Below, piece by piece: positions 13,301 to 26,739 of a stretch of DNA of 64,000 nt; position 1 is the stretch's first letter, and each line of letters begins with the position of its first letter. A program made the position numbers and the translations under genes. Source of the stretch: Paramecium tetraurelia (taxonomy: Eukaryota); the NCBI GenBank assembly GCA_000165425.1, contig CT868666.1, forward strand, positions 62,001 to 126,000, given 5' to 3'. The notes under the pieces were generated by a model, which saw only the letters and a program-made list of their open reading frames with translations, was not told the origin of the DNA and ran no database searches.

Positions 13301-16300
13301 AGGTCAACCATTGAGTCTCTTTGATGGCCAATGCATAGAATGTCCATATAATTGTGCTCACTGCAAAATAAGAACTAAGACAGAGATCAAATTGATCAAT
13401 CAGTACTTCGATCCAGAATATTCAGACTTACAAATCTATGGCCATCAGTGTCTCCTCCCTTACGCTGACACCACTCTCTACTATGACATTGATATAGGAG
13501 TGTACGTAGAATGTTCTTCTTCCCTTTGTGAAAATTCCCTTAAGTTACCAATCAATTATTATTGCGACCTTACTAGCTACAATACTGCCAAATCCAGTTA
13601 TTCGGGTACTCTGGATGAGTTCTTAAAATATAATGTCCTTTTGACTGATTATGAGTCATTCAAACCCTTTTATGAAACCTAATTCTTTTATTTGATCATG
13701 AATCAAAGGACTCTGAAGACCATATCTTTCGAAGTCACTTTAATATCTAGCAATGCATATTGTGAATTACCAAAAAACTTTACATTAGCAACCAATTTAA
13801 GACGCAACATCTTTACTTTAATCAACCTTCCCATTGTCCTCAAAAGCAACGTCAACTAATTACAATTATTCACCAAAACCTTATAAATCATTGGATATTC
13901 AGATGTTACAATTAAGAATCTATAGATTACTAATTTCCCATTAGCCGATGTTTCGATCTTTATATCTGATACCTTTGGATTTGTTGTCACAATGAAAGAC
14001 ATGCTTTTTAGTTGCTAGAATGTCAAATTATAAGTCACTATAAATAATCCAAAGTAGATAAAATGTGATTCACTTACATTTAAGGATATGATAGTGCCAA
14101 ATACCTATGGAATATTTATGTATTAAGGATTAGACAACGATAAGATTGTACAAGTGGAATTTATCAACGTCAAGGTTATCAATACAATTCTTACGAACTC
14201 CTCTCTTTTTGTATTGTCACTTTTTGAAACCTTTTAAAATTAGAATGTAAAATTTAATACCTTCTTGGTTCAAGATTCCTAATTTACTGATTCTACAATC
14301 CTATAAACCAACTATTAGACATCAATAAGAAAGGCTGTCGTCGAATTTACTCAATTGAAAACCATAACTTCAACATTCATTTCTTCAGTATTTCTTCATT
14401 TCGAAGGATTCCTCAATGTGAAACTAATAGATTGTTAATTGGATCAGAGTGCCTTTAAAGATGGTTCAATTTGGTTATTGCTTCCATTGTTCCAATTATA
14501 AAACATCAAAATTACTGACAACACTCTAGAGACTTCAAATGATAGGTTTATTACAAACAAAGGAACAGTGGCATACTCAGATTCTGATAATGATCAAAAC
14601 TTCAACTAGATTTAAAATTTACTTTTTGAGAATAACCAATTTGCAAGTGGCAAAGCTTTTATAGAAATCTATTAGAATGTATTTATTGGGCTATCCATAG
14701 AGATTACCGATTTGAACATCCATTCGAATTAATTATTTGGATCATCTAGCAAGTATAAAAATAGAAATGTGGTTTCTGAAAATTCAACAATCTATCTTGA
14801 CGTCTATAAAATTGCACTAAAAAACGTAGATATCATAAGGAAGCAATCTTTTCCTGAATTGGCAATCCTCAATAGCATAGATGTTCAAGTCCTAAATCTG
14901 AATGCTCGACATTCTGAACTGAAGACATCCTTCTTGCACAATTCCTACTCCTGTGCTCAAAAGTCCATCTTCGTGTAAGGATATACGGCCTTGATGTACA
15001 TTTACAATGCCTAGAACATTAAGTTTGAGAAGATATATTTGAATAATTTGAGAAGTGCCAACTTGCCCTTCATTTTTATAAAGTCTTCAGATAAAATGAA
15101 AGTAAGATAGAATGAAAGTGTTCTAATCCAGAACAGCTATTTCTCTCAAAACTTACTTCTCTTGACTGCGATCAGTGAATAATAGGCAATAATTCAAATT
15201 AGTTCAGAGCAGTACTAGAATGTAATCATAAGAAATGTCACCTTCTTTCATAATTATTAGCACAGTTACGTATAAGACTTATCGTTTATATCGTCCTCTA
15301 CTATCCTTTTTTCAAGTCCCTATTCGACCATAAAAATAGAGCAAGTAACATTTGAAAGGAACATGATAACAAGTGGATAAAATTCCAATTTGGTGCTAAA
15401 GTGTTCGACAATTAAGGTAATCAATTGTAGCTTCTTGCAATCCAATTTGCCTCCTTTGGATACCATTCAACAGAACATCTACTGGGGTATCAAATAGGAC
15501 CAAGTGTTATATTTTGAAAACTATACCCAGTCTTTCCCAATCTATTCTCAAGGAGGCAGCGCATATTTATCTGCAAATTCATTAGAGATTGAGAATGTAT
15601 TGGTTTTGGAGTCAAGATCATAGAAGGGAGGAGCCTTTTACATAGCACCAGTGTAATATGGAGTTATTAACATTCAAAACATCACCTTCTTAGATTGCAG
15701 GGCTAGTTTGGAAAAAGTATCATCTGCACAAGGAGGGACTATGTATATCGATGCCTCATTAGCTCAATTAGATATCACAATTAAAGATGTTGAGATAACC
15801 AGAAGCTATAGCAGAAGAGAAGGAGGAGTCTTTTTTATCAATCCCTCCAAAACCAAGAATTCAGTGAGATTGATCAATATTATGGTCAGCGAATCCTATT
15901 CACTGTTTTATTCATTTCTAAGGATCCCCTAAACTTCTAGTGCTGACGTATATATTCAAAACTTTGTTGTAAGAAACAGTTATTAAGGATTCAAGGATTA
16001 TCTTGGATTACTTTTTTATTTATCTGAGATAGAACTGAGTACATTCTAAAGTAGTTACTTCATATCTTTGATGGGCAACTTAACTATTGATATCAGCACT
16101 ATTTCAAATCAATTCAGTGGACTATTTGAGATTCAATCAGGATAGGCAATCTTTAAACAGATGAGCATTTCAAATTGTTTCATGTATTCTCAACCAATGA
16201 TGATCTTTACTTCAGTGAACTTATTGACTTTCTAGGATATCAGAATGTACAATATATCAAATCACTAATACGATGAAGATCCTGTTGACTAATTTGAAAT

Positions 16301-19300
16301 AACTTACCAGGCATTATAAATGGGTTGCACTCAAGAAACATCCAAGCCTTCTTATCTTTATGATGCCTTAAATAGTTCAATTATAAATTATTACGGACAG
16401 CAGAATATCAAAAGTATTAGTGCGAGTTTCGCTTATCCCACTAGTTTGATTCAAATAGATTCAATAGAGAAGGACTTTAAGATCACATATAAAGATAGTC
16501 AATTCTCAATGTTAACTTGTTCAAATTGCTAGAAAGCGTTGATACTCCATACCTTTAATACCTATTATAATATGGGAGTCAACATAGTTCAGATTGATAA
16601 TATCAAATTCCACCAGAACATCTGCGGATACAGTTGTATTGTTTTTCTGTAAGAGAACAGTAATCGATTGCTATCTTTAACCTCTTCATCTAAGGAAAAT
16701 CTCATCTACACAGTTTCAGTCAGATCGAGTGAGTTTCTTAGAAATACTGGATAGAATGGAGGAGTATTTTATGTGGATGATATAAATTTCCTTATTGATT
16801 CCTGTGTTTTAAACTATAATCAGGCCTCGCAATCGGGAGGTGTTGTTTACTTCATTTCCAAATCTGCTGCATTCAATATCTATGATTCTGATTTGACATC
16901 CAATTCTGCCTAAATTGGAGGGGCATTCTATCTAAATAATTATACTCTCAATTCGCCAGACAGACTCAATCTACATCTTATAAACAACAGAGCTATTGAT
17001 TACGGGAAGAATTATGCTGAATATCCTTCTTAATTGACAGTTTCGTTGGATGGAGAATAGACCCAATTAGACAAGAAAGTGATCTTCTCCAATTCCTCCA
17101 CAATTATAGATTTGATAACAATACAGCCCTACTCTTTCAACAATTAAACTAAAGATTTCATCGTATTACCAAGTGGATAAGCAATACGCAATTACAAGTA
17201 TTACAATGAGACTACGTAATAATTTGTGTCTTATAATTTGACATTTCGAATATTGGCTTTAAACAAACAAAATAACAAAATTCAAAATTTACAAGGGACA
17301 AAATGCACCATCAATTCTTTTCTTGTCTCCAAAGCATCTTCTAATTAGGAGATTCCAAATGTGTTGTCAGATGCTAATGCCACCTTCACAAATTTAAAAG
17401 AAGTTGCGTTTGATACAGATAATTAGGATTATAATTTAGATGACATGATAATATACTTTGACCCAACAAAAAATTCTGAATAAGTCTTACAATTGGAATT
17501 CTTTTGTGACTCAGTCAGGATACCTCAATTTGATCCAGAGCCTCCGTATTTGTTAAACACTTTAATACAAGACTATCGTTTGAGAGTAAATGTTTAATCT
17601 TTGGATTGCTAATTGGGTGAACAAAAACGATTAGATGATGGTACATGTGTAGTGTGTGATTCAACACTGGATCAATATTCAGTTTAGCCTGGCTAGCAAT
17701 GTTAAACAAGAGACTCAATATCCACAGAAGCAGTGACATCAGCAAGTGTAAAATTGAGACCTGGGTATTGGAGACCTTACACTTACAGTGTTAGGATTGA
17801 GTACTGTTTGAATATGGAGATCAATTGCGAAGGAGGATGGATTCCAGGTAATCCTTCCTGTTTCACTGGACACATAGGTGCATTATGTGAATAATGCGAT
17901 GTCTATAATATTGAGGGTAATGGATCTTGGTCAATTAGTGGGCAGTATAAATGTGGTAGTTGTGATTCTATAGGTGACAATACTATCAAAGTGGCATTAG
18001 TAAGTGCTTGGACAATCATATCCATAATGTTGTCAGTCAAGAGTACAATGGAAATGGTTGAAAACATGGTCATGGGAAAGAAATTGCAGAAGTTTTATAT
18101 TGAGAATCCTAAGACTGGTTATGGAGGTATTCTGATTAAGGTGTTGACAAATTATCTACAAATCATAGGTGTTGTGGCTACATTCCAGCTTTCTTTGCCA
18201 AGTGCATTATCTGAGGCATTCAAGACAGTTGGCAGTCCTGTGGAATCCATGAGTTACTCTCTGGATTGCTTTCTGATTAACATGTCAAAGATTGACATTC
18301 TTTACTTCAGAATGATATGGGCTTTGATTATGCCTTTGATCTACATATTCACATTCTGTATCCTTTATATTATAGCAATCATTGTTAGGATTGTAATCCC
18401 GAATAGAAGTGCCATCACTACTACTCTAATATATTTGTTTACTTTCCTACAACCTACCTTATTAGGTGGATTCATCTCCTTGTTGTCCTTTAGATAAATC
18501 TCAGGCATCTATTGGATCCAGGGTAATGTCTCCTACAGATATGATACAAGTACTCATTTGGGATGGCTAATTACCTTTGTTTTGCCATCGGCTTTGATGC
18601 TTGGGTTAATCATACCAACTTACTTGTTTCTTAGTTTGTACAAAATTAGAAACAAGTTGGATGATGAGAACAATAGAAAGAATTGGGGTTATCTCTACAA
18701 TGAATATCAACCCAAAGCATACTTTTGGGAAATCGTTAAGGTCTATCAGAAGAGCTTCATCATCACATTTCTAACTTTCTATGAAGACTTGATTATTATT
18801 AAGGCAGCTTTAGTGTTCATTATTGTGTTCATCTACTCTGGATTAACCAAAAGGTTTAGGCCATATAAATTACCCTTTCTTAATTAAGTCGATGATGTCA
18901 GCACTCTAGTGTGTGGAACCTCCATTGTCTTGGGGATGACTTTGTACTCAGCCAATTTAAGCAATAATCAAGAGATTATTTGGCCCTTCTACATTCTCTT
19001 AATATTGATCAATGCATCTTTCATATTTGTGATTCTTTGGGAAATTCTATGGGCCAATCTTGAAAATCAGCAGGCAGCCTTGGACAAATTGAGAGACAAA
19101 CTCAATGCCAAATTTCCAAATTTAGTTAATAAAAACTGGCTCACCAAAAGACTATTCACTAATAGAGGAGAACAACTTAAGAGAAACAAAAGAAGATGGA
19201 AAATGATTCGCAATTACCTGTTCGATATCATAAGAAAATAAGGATTAGTTCAAACTGAAGATAAGTAATTTTATTATCTAATACTTTAGTGATAGTAAAT

Positions 19301-19401
19301 TGGATCGTAAAAGTTTACCAGGCATACCCAAATACTATAATAAAATCTATCCCGAAAACTTCATCGATCAGTTTGGTTCAGATATAGAAATGTCAGTTTG
19401 A
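10397..19401 (+). CDS. Giant (~2,950 aa) surface protein: signal peptide, Cys-rich furin/EGF-like repeats, beta-helix-like GG(A/V)F repeats and a C-terminal multi-TM domain
   Basis: Starts MFYFQGKILLLFHIF[intron]NFAFG. CHSICQTCFGP-type repeats lie at 11.8-13.5 kb and GGAF/GGVF repeats at 15.5-17.0 kb. Then LRPGYWRP...CEGGW...GHIGALCEQCD and a TM block from ILIKVLTNYLQI to YFWEIVK and beyond. TGA 19399-19401. Confidence 0.85.
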
Positions 19402-19471
19402 TGAAATTAAGAAAATTATTTAATCATTTAATAAGATTAATTCCTACACAATAATACATTAAATATATATA

Positions 19472-20779
19472 TCAATTAAATAAGACTTCATTACTGGAAA
19501 TGTAAAATGGGACCACCGACATACTCCTCTTCAACCAACCATGATTGTATGTTTATTGTGCTGTGTATCTCTCACGAGATAATCTCTTAACCAGATTCTC
19601 TATAAAATCCCTGAGATCTCTAGATGCCGTATAAGGTATCATAAAGCACGCCTACATAAAAGATATCAGTACTGTCTTCATCAATTCCTGTTAGTTTTCC
19701 TTCCAGGGAGGTTTGCCAAAACAAAGTTCATAAGTCAATACTCCCAAACCCCATATGTCTATCTTCTTGTCGTACATGTCTCCTTCCAAGATTTCAGGTG
19801 ATGCATATATCAATGTCCCACATTGTGTTTGTCGATATTCATCTGGAGAATAGACACAGAACGAGAAGTCGGCTAATTTGATCTATCCAAAACTGAGCAA
19901 TATGTTGTCTGGCTTTATGTCTCTATGGATCACGTCCTGATTGTGAATGTACATTAATGCTAAAGTAATCTATTGAACCAATTGGGCAGCCTCGTTTTCA
20001 GTGAATTTCTTGTTCTGCTTCGTCTGTTAAAGGGTATTCAATTGTCCATGAGAACAATATTCTAATACTAAAACGATTTCAGATTCTAAGTAGGTATTTT
20101 ATTAATCTTACAAGTCTGAAAGAAAGTATACAATCTTGTGATATTTGGGTGCTCTAGAAGATATTATATTTTTATTTCCCAAGCCAATTGACCTTGCATC
20201 ATCTCCTTTATTATTAATGCTTTCTGTATCACTTTCAATGCAACCAAAAATCCTGTCTGAATCTAGATCGCCAAAAACACTTCGCTATACTTACCCACCC
20301 CCAATTTCTTTATTGTCTTAAAATTCTTATACTTTGGCATCTCATTTTTCTCTACCCCAGAGATCAATTTCACCTTCACATTTTAATAACATCCATACCT
20401 TTTGACTCTCGACTTTGTTGCTATTGCTTACTGGCACTAAACCCACAATTGGGCTCTACTCTAATTGAAACGAAATTTATTCGCTTTTCTTTGGAGATGA
20501 ATACTCCAGTTTGCTTTTTAATGTTTGCTGTTGAACCATTGATTTTTAAGAAACAAGCGAAGGAGAACTAATTATGTGTTTTACATCTGTCTCTGTTTTT
20601 ATGATCCCCGTATTTGCCGAAGATATTGAAAATCTCATCTAAGGATCAGATGTTCGATGTCCATATAGGTTTCTTGATTTCTATAACACAGAGTCCACAT
20701 AAGAGAGGATATTTGGATTCGTTGGAGGAGTGTTCACAATTCTAGAGTAAGGCCTATAGGGTTAGTACGGATTATTCAT
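19472..20779 (-). CDS. Aurora-like Ser/Thr protein kinase
   Basis: LGVGKYSEV, VALKVI, HPNITRLY, HRDIKPDN, LADFSF, RQTQCGTLIYASPE and IDIWGLGVL. Confidence 0.85.
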
Positions 20780-21062
20780 CACTTTTTTACACTTTGATTT
20801 ATAAAAAAATTACACTCTCTAAATTTACAACAACCAGACACGAAAATAAAAAAGAAAAACCAATTCATCTAAAACTTGATTGAATCCTTTTAAACAATAA
20901 TCTTACTTTTGACTTCGCTGAAATCACACAAATCTACGAAGATTTGATTTATAATTATTATATTAAAATTAAAAATAAAGTTTGAATCTAACAGATTAAA
21001 CTTACTTGATATGGCAATTGTTAAAATTCAAAAAAAATCATACGTTAATATATTATTTGATG

Positions 21063-22268
21063 AACTCATGCTTTTGTTATTCTTGCATTTAAGAAATCTA
21101 AGAATGGTGGTGTTTAAACAAGTTATAATGCTTTAGCTAGTACAGCTAATTCTTATTGAACAGAAGCCTATGAATATGAATAGATGATTACCACAATATC
21201 ATCATGTATTTTAAGATTGGCTGAATAGTTATTATTTTGAGTTCTTAATCTATCTTAATAGGCTTTAAGATCAGCTTATCTGGTTGATATCATGGTTTAG
21301 ACATCAGAGATTCTAACAGTTTTATCTTCTCTTTCTTAATAGAAATCAGCATATTATTAATCAAAGACTGTTTTTTCAGCTGTTAATTATTATGTTCTTA
21401 AGGAATGTTAATATTTTTAACTGTCTTCATCTTTATAAGCTTTGGTTAAAGCATCAAATATATTCAATCTTAAACTATTTAAGAAATCACAGATTTCGTT
21501 TAAAACTTATCTATCTTTGAAATCAAATCTTTCAGTTAAATTAGTTAATGCTTAAATGAATGATGAATATTAATGTCCAAAGTTTTCAGTATTAGATTTA
21601 ACTTATTTCAATGATTTATTGATTTTATGTTTTTATTCATCTGTAATTTGAATAAAAGCAGCTCTTACATCACCAGATTTAAATAAATCAGTTAATAAAT
21701 CTAATGCTTCATCTATATTTCTAAGTGCATCTGTAAATTCAGTAGTTGTTAATTGAAATGATTAATTTTATGTATTTCTTGCAGCTTCAGCTTCTTTAAA
21801 TGATTAAGTATTATCTGTTTATTTAGCTTTAAGTCCTAATAATATCTATAAATATAATAATAATAATAATAATAATATACATCATCTAATTCATGAAGTC
21901 TAGGAATCAATTCAGAATTCAATACTTTCTTTTCTCTATTGATATCAAATTCAGCTTAATTAGCTTATGAACTAAGTGATATAACTTTGGCATTATGTTC
22001 ACCTTCAACTGCTTCCCATTATGTATTTTCTAATTTCAATCTCTCTTCAATTTATCTTCCAAATGCTTTAACACCATCTCTTAGTGAATCAATAGCTCCT
22101 GTTACTCTCATTGAAACTTCAGCCAAATCTACCACAAAATGTCCAATCTTTGATTATGTTAATTCCTCTATCTACTATTAAACACCTGTATTCACATATT
22201 AATCCATCACCCCTTAATTACTTATCTCATATTCATATATTACTTTTCAATCCTTGTACATGTGACAA
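21063..22268 (-). repeat. Left arm of a ~1.2-kb inverted repeat (partner 41391-42595)
   Basis: Its reverse complement matches 41391-42595. The only difference I found by eye is a 1-nt indel in the last intron. The ORF track also shows identical 64-aa ORFs at 21987-22181(+) and 41478-41672(-). Confidence 0.95.
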
Positions 22269-22305
22269 TGTACAAGATCATGGCCATACTCAATAATCTT
22301 TTCAT
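21066..22305 (-). CDS. Trichocyst matrix protein precursor, copy A (385 aa)
   Basis: MKRLLSMAMILYIVTCTRIE...IGHFVVDLAEVSMRVTGAIDSL...EHNAKV...FLNARITKA-TGA; introns of 23, 35 and 24 nt. Confidence 0.85.
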
Positions 22306-22375
22306 TAAATTCGTTTTTGTAATTATTAAGTAAATTTCACAAATTTTATAAACTTCATATATACGATAAATATAT

Positions 22376-25300
22376 TCATATAAGTTCGTCTGAATCATCA
22401 TTAGTTTTTTGAGCGAAACTTAGGATTTCTAATGTAAAGAAAAACCAACTGCATCCTCTGTACCACTATGGAAATTTGTTTTTCAATCGACTGAATAATT
22501 TGTAGATCTCTTCATTTTTATTAATGGTTTTCTCCAATTCTTAATGATAGAATTTCAGGGAAGTGTATTTTGCTATTTAATCTTGATGAGACTTCGGAGA
22601 GTACATCATAAGAAAATGGATAATTGAAATTTCTGCCAATCTTTCTTCTTCATTTGCAGATAGAGTCTTATATATTTCTTATTTCAATTGAACAAGACTA
22701 AGAATAACTCTCTTCTATACATGCTCCACATTAATTTTTTTCTAATGAATAATAGACATCAATAATTACTTTTAACCTGGTTCCTTCTCCTTAAGTGAAG
22801 TTAGTAAAGTACCCTGTGTAAATTTCATATTCATTTGTAAGATCAAACATCTTCCTCAAAGAATCAAAATTGTCAAAGATATGATTTAAACATTTGAGAG
22901 CATTCCTACAAATATTGTCAGTTAGGTATTGCTAATATTCGTTTTAATAATAATCCTAATACTGCTTGGCCTAGTCTCCAACTTAAGCCAATTCATCTTC
23001 CTATTAAAATTTGTAAATAAATCTTGTGTCTATTTCAGGTAAGCCTTCTTGTTGATAGCCATCTAGAACAGATTGAGGTTCTTGATTAATACACTGCAGA
23101 ACTTCTCTGTAGAGCTTACCTAGTATACTTGTTGATTCATAAACCATGGAGTCCTTTTCCATAAAATCGGGCCATCTTTTAGTGACAAGGTTATTAGGAA
23201 TTTCCACTTTATTTCCATGTTTGACATAATCAACAGCAGCTGAATGGAGTTCTGCTAGTCTGATGCATTTTGGATCCTTAGCATAATCTGGAGATCCATC
23301 TGCAATGGCTAGATGGCTATTATCAATTTTGCCAAGGACATCAAAATTGAGATATTCAAGTAGGAATTCAATCATTTTGTTCTCCTAAAAGAAATCTTCT
23401 GCAGATATATAGCCTTGAGCCTGAATTTATTTTGAGACAACAACAGCAGGTTTCTTCTCTTCATCGTAATTCATAGGATATTCGGTGGTCTTTGGTATGA
23501 CTTTGGGATCCCATGAAACAAAATAGATATCCCCATCCAAGTCACCTCCACCACAATCAGCAGGTATAGAATTTCCTTTGCACGGAAACACAATGCAATT
23601 ATAGTATTCAGCAAATGGATTCTTCATGTTATATCTGCTCAAAATTTCATTTTCTGATAAGGCTCTGACCTTTCGAATATCTCCTGGATGCAGACAAGGG
23701 TTTCTTACCACAATGATTTCTCCAGTGATATATTTGTGATTTACATCTAGGGATTATTTCACAATACATACAACCTCTAAACAATATAATTGAATATACC
23801 TCCTTAATCCAGTATGTCGTAATCATCCACTACACCCAATACTCTAGCCGCTTGATCCATAAGAATATTAGACTTGGTTCTCAATTACATAAGACCTCTC
23901 CTTTTCAACCGATCCAATACCCTTTTAATATAGTGATTGTTGTTCTCATTTAGGTTGGCATTGATCATCATCCTTATATTATCAATAATCGATGGGAGTC
24001 CTTGCAACTCTCCATTATAGTCGACTAAAAAGTGATTATATATTGACGAATCTACAGCAGACAGATTTGCTATTTTATGCAAGTATTCTAGCCATATAGA
24101 TGTAATTCATACCTCGCTGAAGTTGCATAAACACCTCCTCTTAAATACCCAGGGTTACCAATAATATGATTATCTATCTATTTAAATATCCACCTCTAAA
24201 TTTGTTGTAATCCAATAAGGAGATCATGGTTTTATAATTCCCGTCATTCATTAAAGTTGGATTAAACTTAATCATACTCTTTCTAAGTTCAATTGTGTTA
24301 TCAGGCAAATCATCATTCAATAGTAATACACCCTTTGCTCCATGATATCTTACTTGAATAGCTGAGATGGTGTGATTATTCATTTCTACCCTGATCATTT
24401 CTATCAAATTTCTAGATATCTTCCCTATACCGTCAGTGTAGAGTTTGCCATTATCACCTACCTTATCAGGAACTTAAGTCTTCACAATTATTTATCTTAA
24501 ATCAATTGACTTACTCGAACTGAAATTCTAACCCAATCTAGCTGCATTCTTAGCCACTTAATCCATATTCAATGTATTAAAGTTTCCTATTGAATCTATG
24601 AAATTTTATCTTGATATCTAGGCTCTATTGTAATTAAAGATCCAGCAAGAACCTCCTCTCAATTGGGAAGCACTCCAAGTTAATAATCTAAACTGTTCCC
24701 CAAGCAAATGTAATCCATTTGACAGCTTTGATTTAAAGTAATATTCTGTAATGTAATGATGTCCATGAATTGTCTCCAAATTCTCATCCTCGAAGTGTAA
24801 TCTTATGAAGTTATCCAATTAATTATAATACTGCCTAATGATTTCACTTGTCTCTTCAGGCAGTTTTAGATTGAATATATATCCTGAGGGTGTCAATGAT
24901 ACTCTCTTTATCATAGCCACTCTCTTTTACTCATTCTAATCAATTGGAATAATCACATCTTCTAGACACCTTTTTAGATCTCTTTTAAAAGTTAAATAGT
25001 TCTTTTTATTTAATTCTGATTGTCTCACTGAAAAATTCAAATCTGTACTATATCTAGAAAACAACTGAAACGTAGATTCTAATATTTTTTCATGATTATC
25101 CCTTTAAAATTACGTTATATGGAGAATTAGCTATTTCAACAGATCCAAATCTGTGATCCTATTCTGTGAAACAACACATAGGATGTTATATTTCTATTCG
25201 AAACTCAATTAGCTCTACTCTATTAAGGCGTACAATTAATCCCATTATGTTTTTCTCTACTCCAACTCAAACAGATTCAGATCTATTGCATCTGAATACA

Positions 25301-26694
25301 TCAGGTTGTATTATGACAATTTCTCAATTACCATTTTATAGGCCATCTCCTCTTTGGATCCCTATTAAAATGTGAATTAAGCAGTGATCAACGTATTGTT
25401 GATTATTATCAATCTTTCAATCTCATTCTTATATTTATTATAATATGCATTCGAAAATATATTATGCACTCTGATCCAATCACTTTTCATATTGAACAAC
25501 TCGAATTTTCTTTTTGTACTCAATGAAATACTGTAATTTGGTGGACACAATAACTTAAAATGTATTTTTTTTCCAAAACTATCAGTCACAGCATGGCAAT
25601 ATTAACAATTTACTAAATCAACTTCAATTTTCAATAGAAACTTATCAAGAATATTGAGGATGAACTCCACTTTCCTTGCCAATTTCGATTCTTCACAATG
25701 GAACATCATATAGGCTTTTACCTTGAATAATTGAGATTGCAAATCTGAAAATTTAAAGTAAGGAGACAAGAACAAGTTGATAGGAGAATTAATTGGTTAA
25801 TCGGGGAGTTTGTCTTTTAAATGTTCTCCTGTAACATACGAAAAGGTTAATTCATTCAATGTGAAAGGTATTTTACCGATTTTTATAGAGTATTCCTAAT
25901 TTTGCATGCGATCATCTATAATTTGAGCATTTTTGAAGTTCATGAATACAGGCTAAGAATTTGGGATTATAGAAAAATGGAATTTCAAGAAATTACACAA
26001 ATACTTCTTCTACATCCTTAAAGTAACAGTGAGTGGACTGTCTAATTTTGCATCTAATGGAGCCTCTTTCAAATCATAAATTTGGATATCCACTTTGGAA
26101 ATCTTGCTTAATGCTTTCTCTAGTTTTTCCACTATTTAATTGATCTCTTGCAATTTATTGATCTTATTTCTTTATTTGCTTGCATCTATTAAAGTAATAT
26201 CTTGTATTTCTTCCTATTCCTCAATCATGCTTTAAAATGAAAATACTCCTTCATCGTCATCATCAACTTCATCATTTTATTATTGCATAAATGACTCACC
26301 TTCTAAATCAAAAATGCAATCTTTTAATAGATTTGTCAAAAACTTATTATTCTTGAAATTGTTGAAATTTGTATCGCTAATGATCTTACTTGAATAATCT
26401 TCATCAGCAAGTTGGGTTCTGAATTCCACTTTCAATACCTATTGCATATTTCACAATTTGTACAATGATTCCCATATTAGCAAATTATTAATTAATTGCT
26501 TATTAAAGAGTCTCCATAATTTTCTAGGCCGTAATTGTACTCAAATTCTGCTTTTGTAAATTGTGCAGGGCAGGTTTGATTATAATGTAATCATCATCTT
26601 AAAATCTTTCCAAAGTATCAATAACCTAATTAAAAAGTCTACTAAATACATGCTGAGATAGTTCACCCTCTTTACTCTAATTCTTTTGTTTCAT
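22376..26694 (-). CDS. Eukaryotic RNAi-type RNA-dependent RNA polymerase (~1,410 aa; RDR1/RDR2-like)
   Basis: Motifs WSASQLRGGSCW, ARLGQNFSS, TDGIGKIS, AIQVRYHGAKGVL, GVVDDYD, VRNPCLHPGD, catalytic CGGGDLDGD, LHSAAVDYVKHG and WPDFMEK; three ~25-nt introns. Confidence 0.95.
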
Positions 26695-26739
26695 TCTCTT
26701 TTGATTACTTTATTTAATATTTAATATAGATATTTAAAA

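Noticed and set aside
22376..26694. Viral origin of the RdRP
   Set aside because: Its motifs (DLDGD, NPCLHPGD) are those of cellular RNAi RdRPs, and it carries host-type tiny introns.
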